DNA of 64,000 nucleotides from Candidatus Eiseniibacteriota bacterium (GTDB lineage Bacteria; Joyebacterota; Joyebacteria; Joyebacterales; Joyebacteraceae): NCBI GenBank assembly GCA_030622115.1, contig JAUXGN010000011.1, positions 3,232 to 67,231 of the forward strand, read 5' to 3'. Shown piece by piece: positions 62,546 to 64,000 of this stretch (position 1 is its first letter; each line of letters starts with the position of its first letter). The notes under the pieces were generated by a model. It saw only the letters and a program-made list of their open reading frames with translations, ran no database searches and was not told where the DNA came from. The position numbers and the translations under genes were made by a program.

Positions 62546-64000
62546 CACTCGCTCTCCTTCCGCTCAAGCCAGGGCAGTCTGGTGAGAATGCCGGCGAGGA
62601 TGATAATGACGGCAACGACGCCCCAGCCACCCACGAGAAGCGCCCATGTGGGATAGCCTTCATATGGGACGTTCAGCTCCTCAACAATGTTCGCGACAAG
62701 CGCCCAGCCCAGAGCCAGGGGAGTCAGCCACTTGATGAAGAGATCCCACCACCAGCCGATCTTGAAATCGGACACCTCATTGATGTACGCCCTGAGCTCC
62801 TTGGTCCCGAAGAACCAGCCTATTGCGATGCACTCCAGGAATCCGATGACCACAAGCCCGTAGTTGTTCATCCAGTGGTCGACGATGTCCAGCCAGTAGA
62901 GACCGGATCCTGTTGTGTAAACGACACCGACGAGGAACCCGAAGATGCAGAAGCCTGCCGCCGCTCCGTTCTGTGAGATGCGCCACTTGTCCCGCACCCC
63001 GGCAACCACGCCCTCAACGATCGAGAACGCTGAATCGATGCCGAGAGTGAGAAGCGTGATGAAGAACATCGCCGCGATGAGAGGTGCAAACGGCATGAGA
63101 CTGATGGCCGTCGGGTAGACAACGAACGCCAGACTCGGACCGCCGGACACAACCTCCCCGACCGGCACGCCCTGTGCCTGAGCCAGGTAGCCAAGGATGC
63201 TGAACACGGCGAAGCCCGCAAAGAAGGCGAAGCCCGCGTCGGCAAAGCTCGTGATGAAGGCATTGTTCGTGATGTCGGAGCGCTTCGGCAGATAGCTCGC
63301 GTATGCGGTAAGAATGCCGAACCCCAGACTCAGCGAGAAGAAGACCTGCGCGTACGCCTGAAGCCACGTCTTGCCGCTTAAGAGAGCGCTGAAGTCCGGT
63401 GTCAGGTAGTAGCGTATTCCCTCGAGCGCACCCGGGAGAGTGAGTCCACGAATGAGAATGAACAGTGTCAGAAGCACGGGCAGTGGAACGGTGATCATCA
63501 CGACCTTGCCGACCCTCAGAACGCCCTTCTTGATTATCCAGTAGATGGAGATCCAGGTTGCGGCCAGGCCTGCAAGGACGGGCCACGATATCCCTCCGAC
63601 CTCGCCCGGACCCGATGAGAGCTTGAGGACGCTGTGAAAGAACGCCTCGGGCGCATCGCCCCACGGCTGGGTGAACGAGTAGATCAGGTAGTCCCAACAC
63701 CAGCCCATGATGACGGCGTAGTAGAACGAGATGGTGGCCCCGACACCGAGGGCCCACCAACCGATCATCTCAAAGCCGGGCTTAACCTCTCGGAGAGATC
63801 CCGGGGAGGACTTCTGGTATTTCTGCCCCAGCGCATATTCGAGGATCATGAGCGGAACACCGGCAGTAAGAAGCGCGACGATGTAGGGAATCAGAAAGGC
63901 CCCGCCGCCATTCTCGTAGGCGACCATGGGAAAACGCCAGAGATTACCCAGTCCTATCGCGCTGCCGATCGCCGCCATAATGAAGGCGGGCCTGCTTGCC
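62545..64000 (-). CDS. Neurotransmitter:sodium symporter (NSS/SNF) family transporter (5' end outside window)
   Basis: AIGSAIGLGNLWRFP and GGGAFLIPY signatures. The frame stays open upstream of the listed M (..ASRPAFIM..) to the window edge. Confidence 0.9.
   Translation of the reverse strand, partial: ASRPAFIMAAIGSAIGLGNLWRFPMVAYENGGGAFLIPYIVALLTAGVPLMILEYALGQKYQKSSPGSLREVKPGFEMIGWWALGVGATISFYYAVIMGWCWDYLIYSFTQPWGDAPEAFFHSVLKLSSGPGEVGGISWPVLAGLAATWISIYWIIKKGVLRVGKVVMITVPLPVLLTLFILIRGLTLPGALEGIRYYLTPDFSALLSGKTWLQAYAQVFFSLSLGFGILTAYASYLPKRSDITNNAFITSFADAGFAFFAGFAVFSILGYLAQAQGVPVGEVVSGGPSLAFVVYPTAISLMPFAPLIAAMFFITLLTLGIDSAFSIVEGVVAGVRDKWRISQNGAAAGFCIFGFLVGVVYTTGSGLYWLDIVDHWMNNYGLVVIGFLECIAIGWFFGTKELRAYINEVSDFKIGWWWDLFIKWLTPLALGWALVANIVEELNVPYEGYPTWALLVGGWGVVAVIIILAGILTRLPWLERKESE

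Overview
GC-rich, gene-dense bacterial chromosome segment with about 55 credible protein genes, roughly 80% on the minus strand. I recognised no rRNA, tRNA, CRISPR array, transposase or integrase. Because of the GC content, most long ORFs lying antisense to real genes in the six-frame track are artefacts. The track also shows GTG/TTG starts as M, so I re-set many starts using signal peptides, Shine-Dalgarno motifs and paralog comparison.

Gene content suggests an uncultured anaerobe of FCB-superphylum type. It has cargo with a T9SS-type C-terminal domain, TonB-dependent receptors with an N-terminal carboxypeptidase-regulatory-like domain, sigma54 control and an Orange-protein-like cluster. It nevertheless uses classical TTGACA-N17-TATAAT promoters.

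Main blocks:
- 1-6.2 kb: TrkH fragment, two secreted proteins and a TonB receptor.
- 6.3-9.3 kb: Com-like zinc-ribbon ORF plus a radical-SAM / flavoprotein / isochorismatase operon.
- 9.8-14.6 kb: ackA and two tandem malic-enzyme paralogs; pckA lies at 42.5 kb.
- 17.0-29.2 kb: an 11-gene minus-strand operon with a Fic gene wedged between the molybdo-hydroxylase subunits. It holds a GNAT-like ORF, thiolase, DUF35, DUF2877, FdrA, DUF1116, cyclase and CoxM/S/L-like subunits.
- 31.2-36.9 kb: TetR / LolA-like / beta-barrel / RND / methyltransferase export cluster.
- 37.1-41.3 kb: DtxR-family regulator, TonB receptor and an exported CbiX/CbiK-like chelatase.
- 47.3-52.6 kb: PiT/DUF47, then ArsR / ArsP-like permease / patatin.
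- 52.6-60.0 kb: sigma54-activated ORP-like cluster (NifX-fold proteins, DUF5320, two MinD-ferredoxin ATPases, Mrp).
- 60.3-64.0 kb: a secreted repeat protein, a rhodanese, and an NSS transporter with an unlisted 38-aa small subunit.

Most interesting signals:
- the ORP-like cluster with 30-nt repeats encoding Gly/Arg tails;
- the Fic-containing catabolic operon;
- a recurrent C-terminal [ST]WGxIKxx[YF] tail on three unrelated secreted proteins;
- a consensus sigma54 promoter in front of ackA.
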